This document shows positions 50,544 to 60,779 of a stretch of 64,000 bases of DNA, one piece after another. Both the position numbers and the translations under genes were made by a program. Location: assembly GCA_963707925.1 (NCBI GenBank), contig CAVPRT010000008.1:38409-102408 (forward strand). The letters are read 5' to 3'. The notes under the pieces were generated by a model. That model made no database searches and had not been told where the DNA came from. It saw only the letters and a list, made by a program, of their open reading frames with translations. How positions within the stretch are numbered: position 1 is the first letter of the stretch; each line of letters starts with the position of its first letter. Origin of the DNA: an uncultured Acidimicrobiales bacterium. GTDB taxonomy: Bacteria; Actinomycetota; Acidimicrobiia; Acidimicrobiales; Ilumatobacteraceae.

Positions 50544-51584
50544 GCGCCCAGCCCCAGCAGCCAGGCATGGACATTGGCGCCCAGCGCATCCACGTCGTAG
50601 CCACCCTCTTGGAGCACCACGGTCGGTAGCGCCAACTGCCTCACCACGTCGCCACAGCGGCCCATCCCCGGGGTGGTGACTGCCAGATCGCAGATCGGGT
50701 CGGTGATGTAAGTGTCGAGGCCCAACGAGACGATCAACAGTGACGGACCGAATGCAGCGATCTGCTCGCAGGCCGCTTCCAGGGTGTTCACGAAGAGGTC
50801 GTCGTCGGCACCCTGGGGCAGGGGATGGTTGATGTTGTAGCCGAGGCCACGACCGGTGCCCGTCTCATCGGCGAAACCCACCGAGTAGGGGTAGGCGCGG
50901 GCCGGGTCGCCGTGAAGCGACACGTATTGCACATCGTCGCGGTCGTAGAAGATCTGCTGGGTGCCGTTGCCGTGGTGGTAGTCGACATCGAGGATGGTGA
51001 CCTTGGCCCCCGTGGTGGTGGCAGCATGGTTGGCGGCGATCGCGGCGTTGTTGAAGAAGCAGTAGCCGCCGTAAAGGCTGCGAGGTGGCATGGTGCCCCG
51101 GGGGCCGGCACAGGCCGTAGGCGGCGGGCTCACCGCCGAGCACCAGACTGGTGGCGGTGAGCCCCGTGTCGACCGCACCGCGCGCCGCCTCATACGTGCC
51201 TTCGGTGAGCGGCGTCGTGGTCTCGAAACACCAGTAGCCGACACGGCCGAAGATCGACTCCGGCTCGCGCCCCGGCGACATCTTGTCGCGCAACGCCGGC
51301 CGGTAGAAGACATCGGGCACGACCTCGCGCACACCGGGGTGGGCCGCGGAGTAGAGCTGCCAGCCCTCCTCGAGGAACCTCACCAGGCCGGCATCGTGAA
51401 CGGCTTCGATGGGCGCCGTACCCCACGCGGAGGGTGAAATCAGCTCGAAGCGCCCGTCGGCGAGCAGGGTCTCGCGGATGGCCTCGGCCCGACCGATGTG
51501 CTCCCACGGGCTGTGCACCGTGGACGTCTCCAGCTCGACCTGGGGATCATGGCCGAAGTGGGCGGGGGTGTAGACGACTTTCAC
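50540..51584 (-). CDS. Histone deacetylase-family amidohydrolase (acetoin utilisation/acetylpolyamine amidohydrolase-like); 1 frameshift as sequenced
   Basis: MKVVYTPAHFGHDP...GLCRPPGHHA breaks near 51080-51090. It continues ...GGYCFFNNAAIAA...ILDVDYHHGNGTQQIFY...LGLDTY...LQEGGY, the zinc-site motifs of the HDAC fold. Confidence 0.85.
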
Positions 51585-51654
51585 ATCGGGAACGATGGCA
51601 CAGCAGCCGTCTCCAGGTGAGGTAGAGAGCGAGCTGGGTGACCGGAGATCAGTC

Positions 51655-52287
51655 TCAGTCCGGCGCGGGCACCAGGTCGTCGAAGTTCACCAACCAGTGG
51701 GCCCCGAGCGCGTCGGTTGTGGCCCGGGCAGCCTTGTTGACGATGACCGACGCGCCCACGTACACGGCTCCCGCTTCATCCACCAGCCGGCGGACGGCGG
51801 CGATGGAGCTTCCGGTGGTGATCCAGTCGTCGACCACCAGCACCCGGTCGCCAGGCGACAAATCCCATGAGCGCGTCTGGAACACCTCGGGCTCGCCGCG
51901 CCACGTGGGGTCGGACACCACTCGCCGATCCGCTCCGGGGTGGTTGCGGTCCTCTTTGCGGATGAGGACCAGGCCGGCACCGAGTTCGACCGCTACGAGT
52001 GCGCCGAGGATCGGCCCCCGGGCCTCGGGAGCGCACACCACGTTTACGGCCTCACCGCGAAACGGTGAGGCCAGAGCGGGGCCGAGGAGCCTCAGGACTT
52101 CTGCCTGACAAAACAGCCCGGCGACATCGGGATGCCCGTCGACGAGGGGGAAGCGGTCGCGAACGATTGTCGCCACATCGCGATGACCATCTGCTCGCTC
52201 TCGGGGCTGGTCCACCGCGAAGAGGCTATGGGATCCGATCCTCAGGTTGGCGATGGCCGCGTCCGATGAACTCACCGGACGTAACAT
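51655..52287 (-). CDS. Phosphoribosyltransferase-family protein (adenine/PRT type I fold)
   Basis: The PRPP-binding loop is RVLVVDDWITTGSS. Intact 210-aa ORF. Confidence 0.7.
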   Translation of the reverse strand: MLRPVSSSDAAIANLRIGSHSLFAVDQPRERADGHRDVATIVRDRFPLVDGHPDVAGLFCQAEVLRLLGPALASPFRGEAVNVVCAPEARGPILGALVAVELGAGLVLIRKEDRNHPGADRRVVSDPTWRGEPEVFQTRSWDLSPGDRVLVVDDWITTGSSIAAVRRLVDEAGAVYVGASVIVNKAARATTDALGAHWLVNFDDLVPAPD

Positions 52288-52344
52288 CCTCGAGCGCTCA
52301 TCTTGTCTGCAACCGCTCCCTGCGGCAGAACCTAGGAGAACACC

Positions 52345-53007
52345 ATGCCCCGCACCCTCACCCTCACAGCCTGTTGCACCCTGGCCGTCGCCGGTCTCAC
52401 CCTTGCGGCCTGCGGTGGAGACGACGAGGGTGTCTCTGTGCCGGGGGCAACCCTTGGCGAGTCGGCGAGCGACGCGACGTCCTCACCCTCCTTAGGCGGC
52501 CAGGACCTCGGCAATGAGCTGGGCTCGTGCCATGTCAACGTAACCGGCGACATCACCGCCGACTGGACTGCCCCGGGCGGCTCGGCCGCCGTCGGCTACG
52601 GCCCGTGGATCCCCCCGATGCCTGATGCCACCCTAGGGATCGATATCGATGAGACCTTCTTCATCCTCAACTGCGGTGGCGACGACGACGAAAACTATGT
52701 CGGTTTCATGCCCCTGAACTCGGCTGCCATCCCCATGCAGCCCGCCACCTACACCATCCCTGCGGCCACCAACATGATCGGCACGGGCGACGGCAACGGG
52801 ATGTCGGTGTTGATCACCTTCGAGGGCACCGACACCAACTGGGGTGCCAGTGGGGAGGGCACCCTGGTGATCACCGAGTTCGACGATGAGCACATCGCCG
52901 GCACGTTCATGGTCCCCGTCACCGATGTGCTCGCCGAGATGTCTGGGGAACCAAGCGAGGGCAATGCCGTGGTGTCCGGAGAGTTCGACTTCGCTAACCC
53001 CAACTGA
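52345..53007 (+). CDS. Putative secreted lipoprotein (function unknown)
   Basis: MPRTLTLTACCTLAVAGLTLAAC-GGDDEG gives a signal peptide and lipobox. AGGAGA lies 7 nt upstream of the ATG. Confidence 0.65.
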   Translation: MPRTLTLTACCTLAVAGLTLAACGGDDEGVSVPGATLGESASDATSSPSLGGQDLGNELGSCHVNVTGDITADWTAPGGSAAVGYGPWIPPMPDATLGIDIDETFFILNCGGDDDENYVGFMPLNSAAIPMQPATYTIPAATNMIGTGDGNGMSVLITFEGTDTNWGASGEGTLVITEFDDEHIAGTFMVPVTDVLAEMSGEPSEGNAVVSGEFDFANPN

Positions 53008-53066
53008 CACCCTTCAAGCAGCCACCGTGCACTGGCCTGCTGGGCGCTGGCCGCACAGGCCTGCAC

Positions 53067-54757
53067 TCAGACCAGTTCGAGTTCCTCGGCCATGTACAGC
53101 TCGCGGCACTTCGCCCTCTGCAGCTTGCCGCTCGACGTTTTCGGCAGGGTGCCGGCCTTGACCAGGATCACGTCGCGGGGAGGTAGGCCGCACACGTCGA
53201 GGGTGCGGTGATGGATCGATTGGCGTACCGACGCCGCGGTCATCGGTGCGAACCTCGGCCACCACCACCACGGTCTCCTTGCCCTTGTAGCCCTCGACTC
53301 CGAAGGCGATGACATTGCCGGCGCGCACCCCGTCGAGGACGCCCACCGCCCTCTCGATGTCCTCGGGGAACACATTGCGCCCACCGACGATGATCACGTC
53401 CTTGATCCGGCCGCACACCACCAACTCACCGTTCACGAGGTAGGCGAGGTCGCCGGTGCACAACCAGCCGTCGTGGAACAGGGCGGTCGTGGCCGCGGGG
53501 CGCTTGTAGTAGCCGGGTGTCACCGAGGTGCCGCGCAGCAGCAACTCGCCCACGTGCCGTTCGGGAAGCTCCACGTAAGTGTCGGGATCTACCACCCTCA
53601 TCTCCAGGCCGGGCACCGCCTTGCCCAGCAAGGGCAGGCGACGCACGTCGATGTCCTCCTCGGCGTCGGCCAGCTCGAGGGTCTTGGCGATGCCTTCCCG
53701 CTCCAGCACCTGGCGATCCACGCAGTCCAGCACCATCCCCCTGTGGCGGGGAGGGAACGCTCCCCCGATGGCAACCTCGGCCATGCCGAAAGCCGGGAAC
53801 ACTCCCCCGGCCGCGAACCCGAACGGCTCGGCCGCCGCGACGAACGCCTCCACCGCGGCGGGGTCCACCGGCTCGGCGCCGGTGAGCGCCAGGGTGAGCG
53901 ACGACAGGTCGAGGCCCTCCATGCGGCCCAAGGCGCGAGTGGCCAGCACCCAGGCGAAGTTGGGGCCGGCGGTGACGGTGCCCCGCCAGTCGCTGATCCA
54001 CTGCATCCAGTTGCCCGGCTTGGCCATGAAGTCCTGGGGCGCGGCTTGCACCAACTGCACTCCGGCAGTCATCGGCAGCGACAACAGACCCACCAGCCCC
54101 ATGTCGTGGTAGAGGGGCAGCCAGCTCACCATCACTTCGTCGAGACCCAACCCGGCGGCCTTGCGGGAGGCATCGAGGTTGGCTCGAAGCACTCGGTCGG
54201 GGATCATCACCCCTTTGGGTTCGCTGGTCGACCCGCTCGTGTACTGCAGGATCACCAACCTCTCCGGGGTCGTGGGGTGGCAGTTCGAGTCGTTCACCGC
54301 TGGGAACGCCGGCGCTGCCCGGCATCACTGCCTTCAGCCCCTCGAGAGGCGGGTCGCCGGGCGCGGAGGCGTACAGGGATGCCAACATGTCGTCGATCAG
54401 CACAAGCTTGGCGTCGCCGTTGAGGATGCGGCCCCGGGTGCTGTCGATGAAGGCGTCGAGCGAGCCCATGCGCATCGGCAGGGGTAGCACCATGCTCGCC
54501 AGGCCGGCCAGCCAGCAGCCCTGGATGACGGTGATCAGGTCGCGCGACGTTGGCCCGAGGATGGCTACGTGGTCACCGGGCACCAGGCCGCGAGCCTGCA
54601 GCGCGGCACCTACAGCACGAGCCTCGTCGTGGATCTGGGCCCAGGACACGAAGGAGTCGCCCTCGGCCGGCATCACGCTCTGCCCGACGAAGCGCACCCC
54701 CGTCGGCCTCTCGGCGGCACGGATCAGGCGGTCGACGATCGAGTCGGTTGCTGACAT
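53067..54757 (-). CDS. AMP-dependent fatty-acyl-AMP/CoA ligase (FadD-like); 2 frameshifts as sequenced
   Basis: The N-terminus is MSATDSIVDRLIRAAERPTGVRFVG.... The frame breaks near 54295-54305 and continues ILQYTSGSTSEPKGVMI (AMP motif)...GWLCTGDLAYL...GRIKDVIIVGGRNVFPEDIE. A second break lies near 53230-53245, followed by ...LPKTSSGKLQRAKCRELY. Confidence 0.85.
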
Positions 54758-54913
54758 GCCCCCACCGTAGTGCCCGTACATCTGGGGCCCGATAGTCCCA
54801 CCGCGGCTTCTGGGCGCGTTCCGTCTCGCACACCGAGACGGAACAGCCCCAGATCCAGGCAGGCAGATGGGGTGGGGCGGGGTGGGCGGGCGACTCCGTA
54901 GAATCGGCACGCC

Positions 54914-57769
54914 ATGAGTGCCACCGACTCCACCCCTCCCTCCAACGACACGCCCCCGTTCCGCTACACGGGCGCTCTCGCTCAGGGCATCGAGGCCCGC
55001 TGGCAGGACCGGTGGGACGAAGAAGGCACCTTCGACTCGCCGAACCCCGCCGGGCCACTGGCCGATACGACATCGGTAGTCGACCGGCCGAAGAAGTTCA
55101 TCCTCGACATGTTTCCGTACCCCAGCGGCGCCGGACTGCACATGGGCCACCCCCTTGGCTTCACCGCCACCGACATCTATGCCCGCTATCAGAGGATGAC
55201 CGGTCACAACGTGCTGTACACGATGGGCTTCGACGCCTTCGGTCTGCCCGCCGAGCAGTACGCCGTGCAGACCGGCCAGCACCCGGCTACCACCACCAAC
55301 GCCAACATCGACAACATGCGCCGCCAACTGCGCCGCCTCGGGCTCAGCCACGACCGCCGCCGCAGCATCAGCACCACCGACCCCGGCTACTACCGCTGGA
55401 CCCAGTGGATCTTCCTCCAGATCTTCAACGCCTGGTACGACCCCGAGCAGAACAAGGCGCGCCGCGTCGACGATCTGGTCGCCGAACTCGACGCCGGCAC
55501 CCGCGCCGCGAAGTCCGGTGACTGGGCCACCATGTCTGCGGCCGAACGCCGTCGCGAGCTCGACCAATGGCGCCTCGCCTTCGTCAGCGATGCCCCCGTC
55601 AACTGGTGTCCCGGTCTGGGCACCGTGGTGGCCAACGAGGAGGTCACCGCCGACGGTCGCAGCGACCGGGGCAACTTCCCCGTGTTCAAGCGCAACATGC
55701 GCCAGTGGATGATGCGCATCACCGCTTACGCCGACCGCCTGCTCGCGGACCTCGATCTTCTCGACTGGACCGACGCGATCAAGGCCATGCAGCGCAACTG
55801 GATCGGTCGCAGCGAGGGCGCCACGGTGCACTTCGACGTGTCCCTGATCGGCGATCCGTCGCCGAGCCCGACGGGCCGCATCACCGTCTTCACCACGCGC
55901 CCCGACACCCTCTTCGGTGCGACCTTCATGGTTCTCGCGCCCGAGCACCCCCTGGTGGACCAGCTCACCACTGCCGCCCAGGCCGACGCCGTCGCCGCCT
56001 ACCGGTCGGCAGCCGCCGCCAAGAAAGACGTGGACCGCCAAGACGAAGGCCGCCAGAAGACCGGGGTGTTCACCGGCTCCTTCGCCGTCAACCCTCTGAA
56101 CGGCCACAACATCCCGGTGTGGATCGCCGACTATGTGCTCATGGGCTACGGAACCGGCGCCATCATGGCCGTGCCATGCGGCGACCAGCGCGACTTCGAG
56201 TTCGCTCGCCAGTTCGGGCTCGAGATCATCGCCATCCAGCAGCCGCCCGACCGCTCCCTCGACACGTCGACCTGGGCGGATGCCTTCGTCGGCGATGCCC
56301 CCTACGTGAACAGCTCCAACGAGTCGCTGCACCTCGATGGCATCTCCAGCGTCGCCGAGGGCGTGCACCTCACCAACGAGTGGCTCCACGCCCACGGCCA
56401 CGGCCACGCCACGGTCACCTACAAGCTGCGCGACTGGTTGTTCAGCCGCCAGCGCTACTGGGGCGAACCTTTCCCCATCGTCTACGACGCCAACGGCAGC
56501 CCCCACGCCCTGCCCGAGCAGAGCCTGCCCGTGCTGCTTCCCGACACGGACCAGTTCGCGCCCCGCACCTTCGACCCCGACGATGCGATGAGCGACCCGG
56601 AGAGCCCCCTCGACAGGTTGGGCGATTGGGTGTGGGTCGAGGCCGACCTCGGGGATGGCCCACGGCAATACCGCCGCGACACCAACGTCATGCCCCAATG
56701 GGCCGGCAGTTGCTGGTACGAGCTGCGCTACCTCGACCCCACGAACGAAGACCACTTCGTCGATCCGGCCAATGAGAAGTACTGGATGGGCCCCCTTGCC
56801 CAAGGCGTCGGCGGCCGGCCCCACCCCGGCGGGGTGGACCTCTACGTAGGCGGTGTCGAGCACGCCGTACTGCACCTGTTGTACGCCCGCTTCTGGCACA
56901 AGGTGCTGTTCGACCTCGGATATGTGAGCTCCGTCGAACCCTTCTACAGGCTGTTCAACCAGGGCTACATCCTGGCTGCTGCCTTCCAGGACGAGAGGGG
57001 CATGTACGTGGAGGCGGCCGACGTCGAGCAGAAGGACGGCCAGTACTTCTTCGAGGGCCGGCCGGTCACACGCGAGTACGGCAAGATGGGCAAGAGCCTG
57101 AAGAACGCCATCGCCCCCGACGAGGTGTGCGAGGTCTACGGGGCCGACACCTTGCGCCTCTACCTGATGAGCATGGGCCCCCTCGACGCGTCACGCCCGT
57201 GGGAGAGCAAGGACGTCGTCGGGGTGCACCGATTCCTGCAGCGCCTGTGGCGCAACATCGTCGACGAGGAGACGGGCGCCCTGCGGCTCCTGCCCGAAGA
57301 GCCTACGCTGGACACCCTGCGCGCCCTGAACGTCACGATTGCGGCGGTGAGAGAAGAGCTCGACAACCTGCGCTTCAACACTGCAATCTCCAAGCTCATC
57401 GAGCTCAACAACCACCTCACCAAGCTCGGCGGCTGCCCGGCTCTGATAGCCGAGCAAGTGGTGGCGATGGTGTCGCCTTTCGCTCCCCATCTGGCCGAGG
57501 AGCTGTGGGCCCTGCTCGGCCGCACCGAGTCCTCACTCACCAACCCTTCCCTGTTGCCGACCCGGCGATGCTCGTTTCCGACACCGTCGAGTACCCCGTT
57601 CAGGTCAACGGCAAGGTGCGCAGCCGCATCACCGTGGCCTCGACCGCCGACCCGGCGACGGTGGAGGCCACGGCGATGGCCGACTCCAAGGTGGTTGCCG
57701 CTCTCGATGGTGCAGCATCCGAAGAAGGTGATCGTCATCCCCGGCCGGATGGTGAACATCGTCGTGTAG
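54914..57769 (+). CDS. leuS: Leucine--tRNA ligase; 2 frameshifts near the 3' end as sequenced
   Basis: [17 protein letters not shown] is the HIGH-type motif and [11 protein letters not shown] is KMSKS. The frame breaks near 57530-57540 and continues [29 protein letters not shown].... A second break lies near 57712-57722, followed by [23 protein letters not shown] hexamer (54899-54904) lies 9 nt before the ATG with no obvious Shine-Dalgarno. Confidence 0.95.
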   Translation: MSATDSTPPSNDTPPFRYTGALAQGIEARWQDRWDEEGTFDSPNPAGPLADTTSVVDRPKKFILDMFPYPSGAGLHMGHPLGFTATDIYARYQRMTGHNVLYTMGFDAFGLPAEQYAVQTGQHPATTTNANIDNMRRQLRRLGLSHDRRRSISTTDPGYYRWTQWIFLQIFNAWYDPEQNKARRVDDLVAELDAGTRAAKSGDWATMSAAERRRELDQWRLAFVSDAPVNWCPGLGTVVANEEVTADGRSDRGNFPVFKRNMRQWMMRITAYADRLLADLDLLDWTDAIKAMQRNWIGRSEGATVHFDVSLIGDPSPSPTGRITVFTTRPDTLFGATFMVLAPEHPLVDQLTTAAQADAVAAYRSAAAAKKDVDRQDEGRQKTGVFTGSFAVNPLNGHNIPVWIADYVLMGYGTGAIMAVPCGDQRDFEFARQFGLEIIAIQQPPDRSLDTSTWADAFVGDAPYVNSSNESLHLDGISSVAEGVHLTNEWLHAHGHGHATVTYKLRDWLFSRQRYWGEPFPIVYDANGSPHALPEQSLPVLLPDTDQFAPRTFDPDDAMSDPESPLDRLGDWVWVEADLGDGPRQYRRDTNVMPQWAGSCWYELRYLDPTNEDHFVDPANEKYWMGPLAQGVGGRPHPGGVDLYVGGVEHAVLHLLYARFWHKVLFDLGYVSSVEPFYRLFNQGYILAAAFQDERGMYVEAADVEQKDGQYFFEGRPVTREYGKMGKSLKNAIAPDEVCEVYGADTLRLYLMSMGPLDASRPWESKDVVGVHRFLQRLWRNIVDEETGALRLLPEEPTLDTLRALNVTIAAVREELDNLRFNTAISKLIELNNHLTKLGGCPALIAEQVVAMVSPFAPHLAEELWALLGRTESSLTNPSLLPTRRCSFPTPSSTPFRSTARCAAASPWPRPPTRRRWRPRRWPTPRWLPLSMVQHPKKVIVIPGRMVNIVV

Positions 57770-57860
57770 CGCCTGACCGCGTCCGACGGGGCACCAGGTG
57801 TCGAGGTGTCAGAAACTTTCTGGGGATTCTTCCAGGTTTCGGATTGCGGACGTACGTTCG

Positions 57861-57876
57861 TCGAACTAGAGTTCTC
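57861..57876. promoter_or_regulatory. Orphan LexA-like box (TCGAAC-TAGA-GTTCTC)
   Basis: Perfect left half-site TCGAAC and a GAAC-N4-GTTC core, directly preceded by another GTTCG. It lies in the AT-richer spacer after leuS. It is followed by a 14-codon ATG ORF (57878) that runs into palindromic element copy B. Confidence 0.35.
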
Positions 57877-57901
57877 CCATGGACATCGCCGGCCACCTCG
57901 A

Positions 57902-57980
57902 CTACCGGCACGGATTTGTGTGAGCGCACAAACAGAACGTTCGGTCTGTGCGCTCACACAAATCGGCCACTGACGCCTTC
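57902..57980 (+). repeat. 79-bp palindromic intergenic element, copy B
   Basis: Same element as 47602-47680 and in the same orientation. It has 3 substitutions, at 57930 (stem) and at 57934 and 57970 (outside the stem), so the hairpin carries one mismatch. It lies exactly 10,300 bp from copy A. Confidence 0.9.
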
Positions 57981-58025
57981 ATCGCTGAAAACGACGGGCA
58001 AGGCGTCTCAACCGGGAGGGCACAA

Positions 58026-58146
58026 GTGATCGTCGTCATCTACTACGAAACATTGCGCCCCACCTGCAACCGCCACCACCACCTACTCCACGTAGGCGGC
58101 TGGACAGTCCAACACAACGGCAGGCACGACACACCCCTGCGCGTAC
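58026..58146 (+). pseudogene. Remnant of the C-terminal HNH motif of a DUF222-type HNH endonuclease gene
   Basis: ...TCNRHHHLLHVGGWTVQHNG... matches the C-x-x-H-H-x3-H-x-GGW-x-V tail I associate with actinobacterial DUF222/HNH proteins. No upstream domain is present. The local sequence is noticeably less GC-rich than its surroundings. Confidence 0.4.
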
Positions 58147-58245
58147 TACGGCAATCCGGTACCACCCAAACCAGCAACCCACCGGCCGCACACGCACACG
58201 CTCACGGATCACCCGCGGCCAGCGACACCCCTTCGAACTATTCGT

Positions 58246-58515
58246 CTAGGCGAGCTTGAGGAACAGCCTCTCGACTTCGCGGGGGTCGAAGCCCGACTGA
58301 GCAGCCTTGTCGGGGTCGCTCATGCAGGTGGCCATCCCGGTGGCGAGAAGCTTGAAACCAACCTGATCCAACGCCTTGCCGGCAGCAGAGAGCTGGGCGA
58401 CGATCTCGCGACACTCACGACCATCGCGGATCATGGCCTGCAGACCGCGGACCTGCCCCTCGATGCGGGCGAGGCGTCGAACCAGATCGGCCGTGGTTTC
58501 GTCGGGCAACTGCAT
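58246..58515 (-). CDS. CsoR/RcnR-family (DUF156) repressor with a two-Cys, no-His ligand fingerprint (CstR-like)
   Basis: LVRRLARIEGQVRGLQAMIRDGRECREIVAQLSAAGKALDQVGFKLLATGMATCM. The Cys in ..REC.. and the Cys in ..ATC.. align with M. tuberculosis CsoR C36 and C65. The residue four before the second Cys is Gly, where CsoR has His61. An alternative start at 58554 would overlap the MMPL stop (TGATG). Confidence 0.8.
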   Translation of the reverse strand: MQLPDETTADLVRRLARIEGQVRGLQAMIRDGRECREIVAQLSAAGKALDQVGFKLLATGMATCMSDPDKAAQSGFDPREVERLFLKLA

Positions 58516-58524
58516 GGCCACAGC

Positions 58525-58540
58525 ATACCCCCTGGGGTGT
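58525..58540. promoter_or_regulatory. Second copy of the ATACCCCC-N-GGGGT motif (possible operator, or coding if the regulator starts at 58554)
   Basis: ATACCCCCTGGGGTGT matches 14 of 16 positions of the promoter palindrome core ATACCCCCCGGGGTAT (60785-60800). It lies in the 38-nt gap between the MMPL stop and the ATG at 58515. Confidence 0.35.
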
Positions 58541-58553
58541 GACTGGTCTTCCA

Positions 58554-60740
58554 TCAGTGGGTGAAGCTCACCTTCGGGAGGACCTTGCCCATCCATTTCG
58601 GCAGGTACCAGTTGCGATCGCCAAGCAAGGCCATCGTCGCCGGCACGAGCAGCACCCGCACGACAGTGGCATCGAGCAGGACCGCCAGCGCCAGGGTGAT
58701 GCCCAGCTCAGTCGGCGGTATCGGCCCGGTGACGCCGAAGGCGATGAAGACCACGATCATGATCAGAGCCGCGTTGGTGATCGGCCGGCCGGTACGGGCG
58801 ATGCCCTCTCGGATGGCCGTGTGGGTGTCACCGGTCGCCTCGAAGCGCTCGCGGATGGCGGCCAGCAGGAACAGCTGGTAGTCCATCGACAGACCGAACA
58901 GGAGGGCGAAGAAGAAGAGCGGAGCCCAGGCGTCGATGAACCCCTGAGACTCGATCCCGAGCAGGCCCGTGCCGAACCCATGTTGGAAGACGAGGGTTGC
59001 GAAACCAAATGCTGCGCCGACGGTGAGCAGGTTCATCAGCACCGAGAAGACGGCGACGACGAGGCTGCGGAAGACCACGAGCAGGAGCAGGAACGCGACG
59101 AGAAGGATCAGTCCGATCGCCAGCGGGGCCTTGCCGGTGAGGGTGTCGCTGAGGTCGGTGTTCTGAGCCGCCGGCCCGCCCACCAAGGCGGAAGCGGCGA
59201 CGTCACCGACGGCATCACGAAGGTCGCTAACCATCGTCGCCGTGCCCTCTTGGTCGACGGCACTCGAGCCGGTGACCCTCACCACCAGGCGGCCGCTCTC
59301 GGCGGGCTCGCTGACGATGCGGGCATCGACGACGCCGGCCACTGATGAAGCGGCAGCGACGACCGACTCGGCCTCGGCGGCGTCGACGGTGATGAACGCC
59401 GGTGCAGCAGCACCTTCGCCGTAAGCGGCAGCCATGGTCTCGTAGCCATCGCGGCTGGTGCGACCTTCATCGACGACGCGTGGGCCGGGCATGCCCAGCT
59501 TCATGCCGATGGCCGGTGCCGCCAGGGAACCAAGGAGCACGACGCCGATGGCGAGTGTGAATGCCGGCTTGCGCAGGGCGATCGCGGTGACCCTTGCCCA
59601 GCGGCCCTCGGCAGCGATGTCGGGATCCTCTTCGTGGTGGGGGCGCTTGGACTTGCGGGTGTGCAGCACCCGGTCACCGGCAGCGACCAGCACGGCCGGG
59701 AGAAGGGTGAGCGAGGCCACGGCAACGGCGATGACGGAGAGAATCATCCCGAGTGCCATTGCCCGAAAGACCATGACCGGCACGACGAACACTGCGGCCA
59801 GTGAGAACACGACGGTGAGCGCGGACAAGAAGACGGCCTTGCCGGCGGTACCGAGGGTGTTGGAAACACCATCGATCGCGTCGGCACCCTCCGCCCTCTC
59901 CTCGCGGTAACGGCTGACGATGAACAGGCTGTAGTCGATTCCCACGGCCAGGCCGATCATCATCGAGAAGTTCATCGCCCAGACCGACAGGGGCATCGCC
60001 GTGCCCAACAGGTGGAGCGAGGCAAAGCCGACGGCGATGCCGGCGACGGCGAGGAGGAGGGGCAGCCCAGCAGCGAACGCACTACCGAAGGCGACCAGCA
60101 GAAGAAGGATGCTCGGCAAGCCGGAGAGCAGTTCGGCCTTGTGCAATGCCTCCTCGTTGCTGCGGTTGAAGTCGCTCCACACCGCCCACTCGCCGGTCAC
60201 GTCCACGGTGACGCCATCGGCGAACTCGAGCTCGGCGACATAGTCGCCCAGCTCACCGGCCGACTCGGGGAGTTCGGCGTCCTCTTCGGCAAGTAGGGCA
60301 ACCGGCACGAGGGCCGTGCGACCGTCCTGGGCCAGCAAGCCGGACTCGGCCGGCATCGATCGCGGGTCGACCACTTGCTCGGCACCGGGGGCGTCGACGA
60401 GAGCCGCCATCAGGGCATCGAGCTGAGCGGGATCATCGGCCAGAGTCGCCTCCTGCTGGAACACGACGAAGGCCGCCTCAGCTCCGAGTGAGGCGAAGTC
60501 GCGGCGCAGTTCGTCGCGCACAACCTGCGAGGTGCTGCCCTGGGCCTCCCACCCGGCGCCGGAGAGGGCGCCGTTGAGGGTGATGGCCAAGGGCGCCGCA
60601 GCCACAGCCACGATCGCCCAGACGATCATCACCGCCTTGCGGTGGTTTGCGCTGAATCGGGCGAGGCGGGCGAGCAAGCCAGGCTTGCCCTTGTGGTGGT
60701 GTCCACGCTCCAGGTCGGGATGCGGCTGCAGGGTCTGCAT
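58554..60740 (-). CDS. MMPL-family (RND superfamily) membrane transporter
   Basis: Intact 728-aa ORF with two 6-TM bundles, each followed by a soluble loop. Typical MMPL motifs are present (LAVGIDYSLFIVSRYREE and LLFGLSMDYQLFLLAAIRE). AAGGA lies about 12 nt upstream of the ATG. Confidence 0.9.
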   Translation of the reverse strand: MQTLQPHPDLERGHHHKGKPGLLARLARFSANHRKAVMIVWAIVAVAAAPLAITLNGALSGAGWEAQGSTSQVVRDELRRDFASLGAEAAFVVFQQEATLADDPAQLDALMAALVDAPGAEQVVDPRSMPAESGLLAQDGRTALVPVALLAEEDAELPESAGELGDYVAELEFADGVTVDVTGEWAVWSDFNRSNEEALHKAELLSGLPSILLLLVAFGSAFAAGLPLLLAVAGIAVGFASLHLLGTAMPLSVWAMNFSMMIGLAVGIDYSLFIVSRYREERAEGADAIDGVSNTLGTAGKAVFLSALTVVFSLAAVFVVPVMVFRAMALGMILSVIAVAVASLTLLPAVLVAAGDRVLHTRKSKRPHHEEDPDIAAEGRWARVTAIALRKPAFTLAIGVVLLGSLAAPAIGMKLGMPGPRVVDEGRTSRDGYETMAAAYGEGAAAPAFITVDAAEAESVVAAASSVAGVVDARIVSEPAESGRLVVRVTGSSAVDQEGTATMVSDLRDAVGDVAASALVGGPAAQNTDLSDTLTGKAPLAIGLILLVAFLLLLVVFRSLVVAVFSVLMNLLTVGAAFGFATLVFQHGFGTGLLGIESQGFIDAWAPLFFFALLFGLSMDYQLFLLAAIRERFEATGDTHTAIREGIARTGRPITNAALIMIVVFIAFGVTGPIPPTELGITLALAVLLDATVVRVLLVPATMALLGDRNWYLPKWMGKVLPKVSFTH

Positions 60741-60779
60741 GGTCGCGTCTGTCCTTTCGGTACCGGTAGGGGTATCCCG

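Noticed and set aside
54740-54931. The divergent FadD-like and LeuRS genes both begin with the peptide MSATDS.
   Set aside because: The codons differ (ATGTCAGCAACCGACTCG against ATGAGTGCCACCGACTCC) and similarity stops after six residues. This is coincidence, not duplication.
53426-56899. A 1157-aa ORF on the minus strand, the second-longest ORF in the track.
   Set aside because: Most of it lies antisense to leuS, whose plus-strand frame carries the unmistakable HIGH/KMSKS LeuRS sequence. Only its 3' portion (about 54300-54757) is real coding sequence, the FadD-like N-terminus. The rest is low-complexity Gly/Ala/Arg/Val-rich translation typical of stop-poor antisense frames in high-GC DNA.
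47602-57980. The two direct 79-bp repeats considered as boundaries of a 10.3-kb mobile element or genomic island.
   Set aside because: The bracketed segment contains leuS and ordinary housekeeping genes. It has no integrase, transposase or recombinase and no compositional shift. The repeats are hairpin elements, not att-like or terminal inverted repeats of a transposon.
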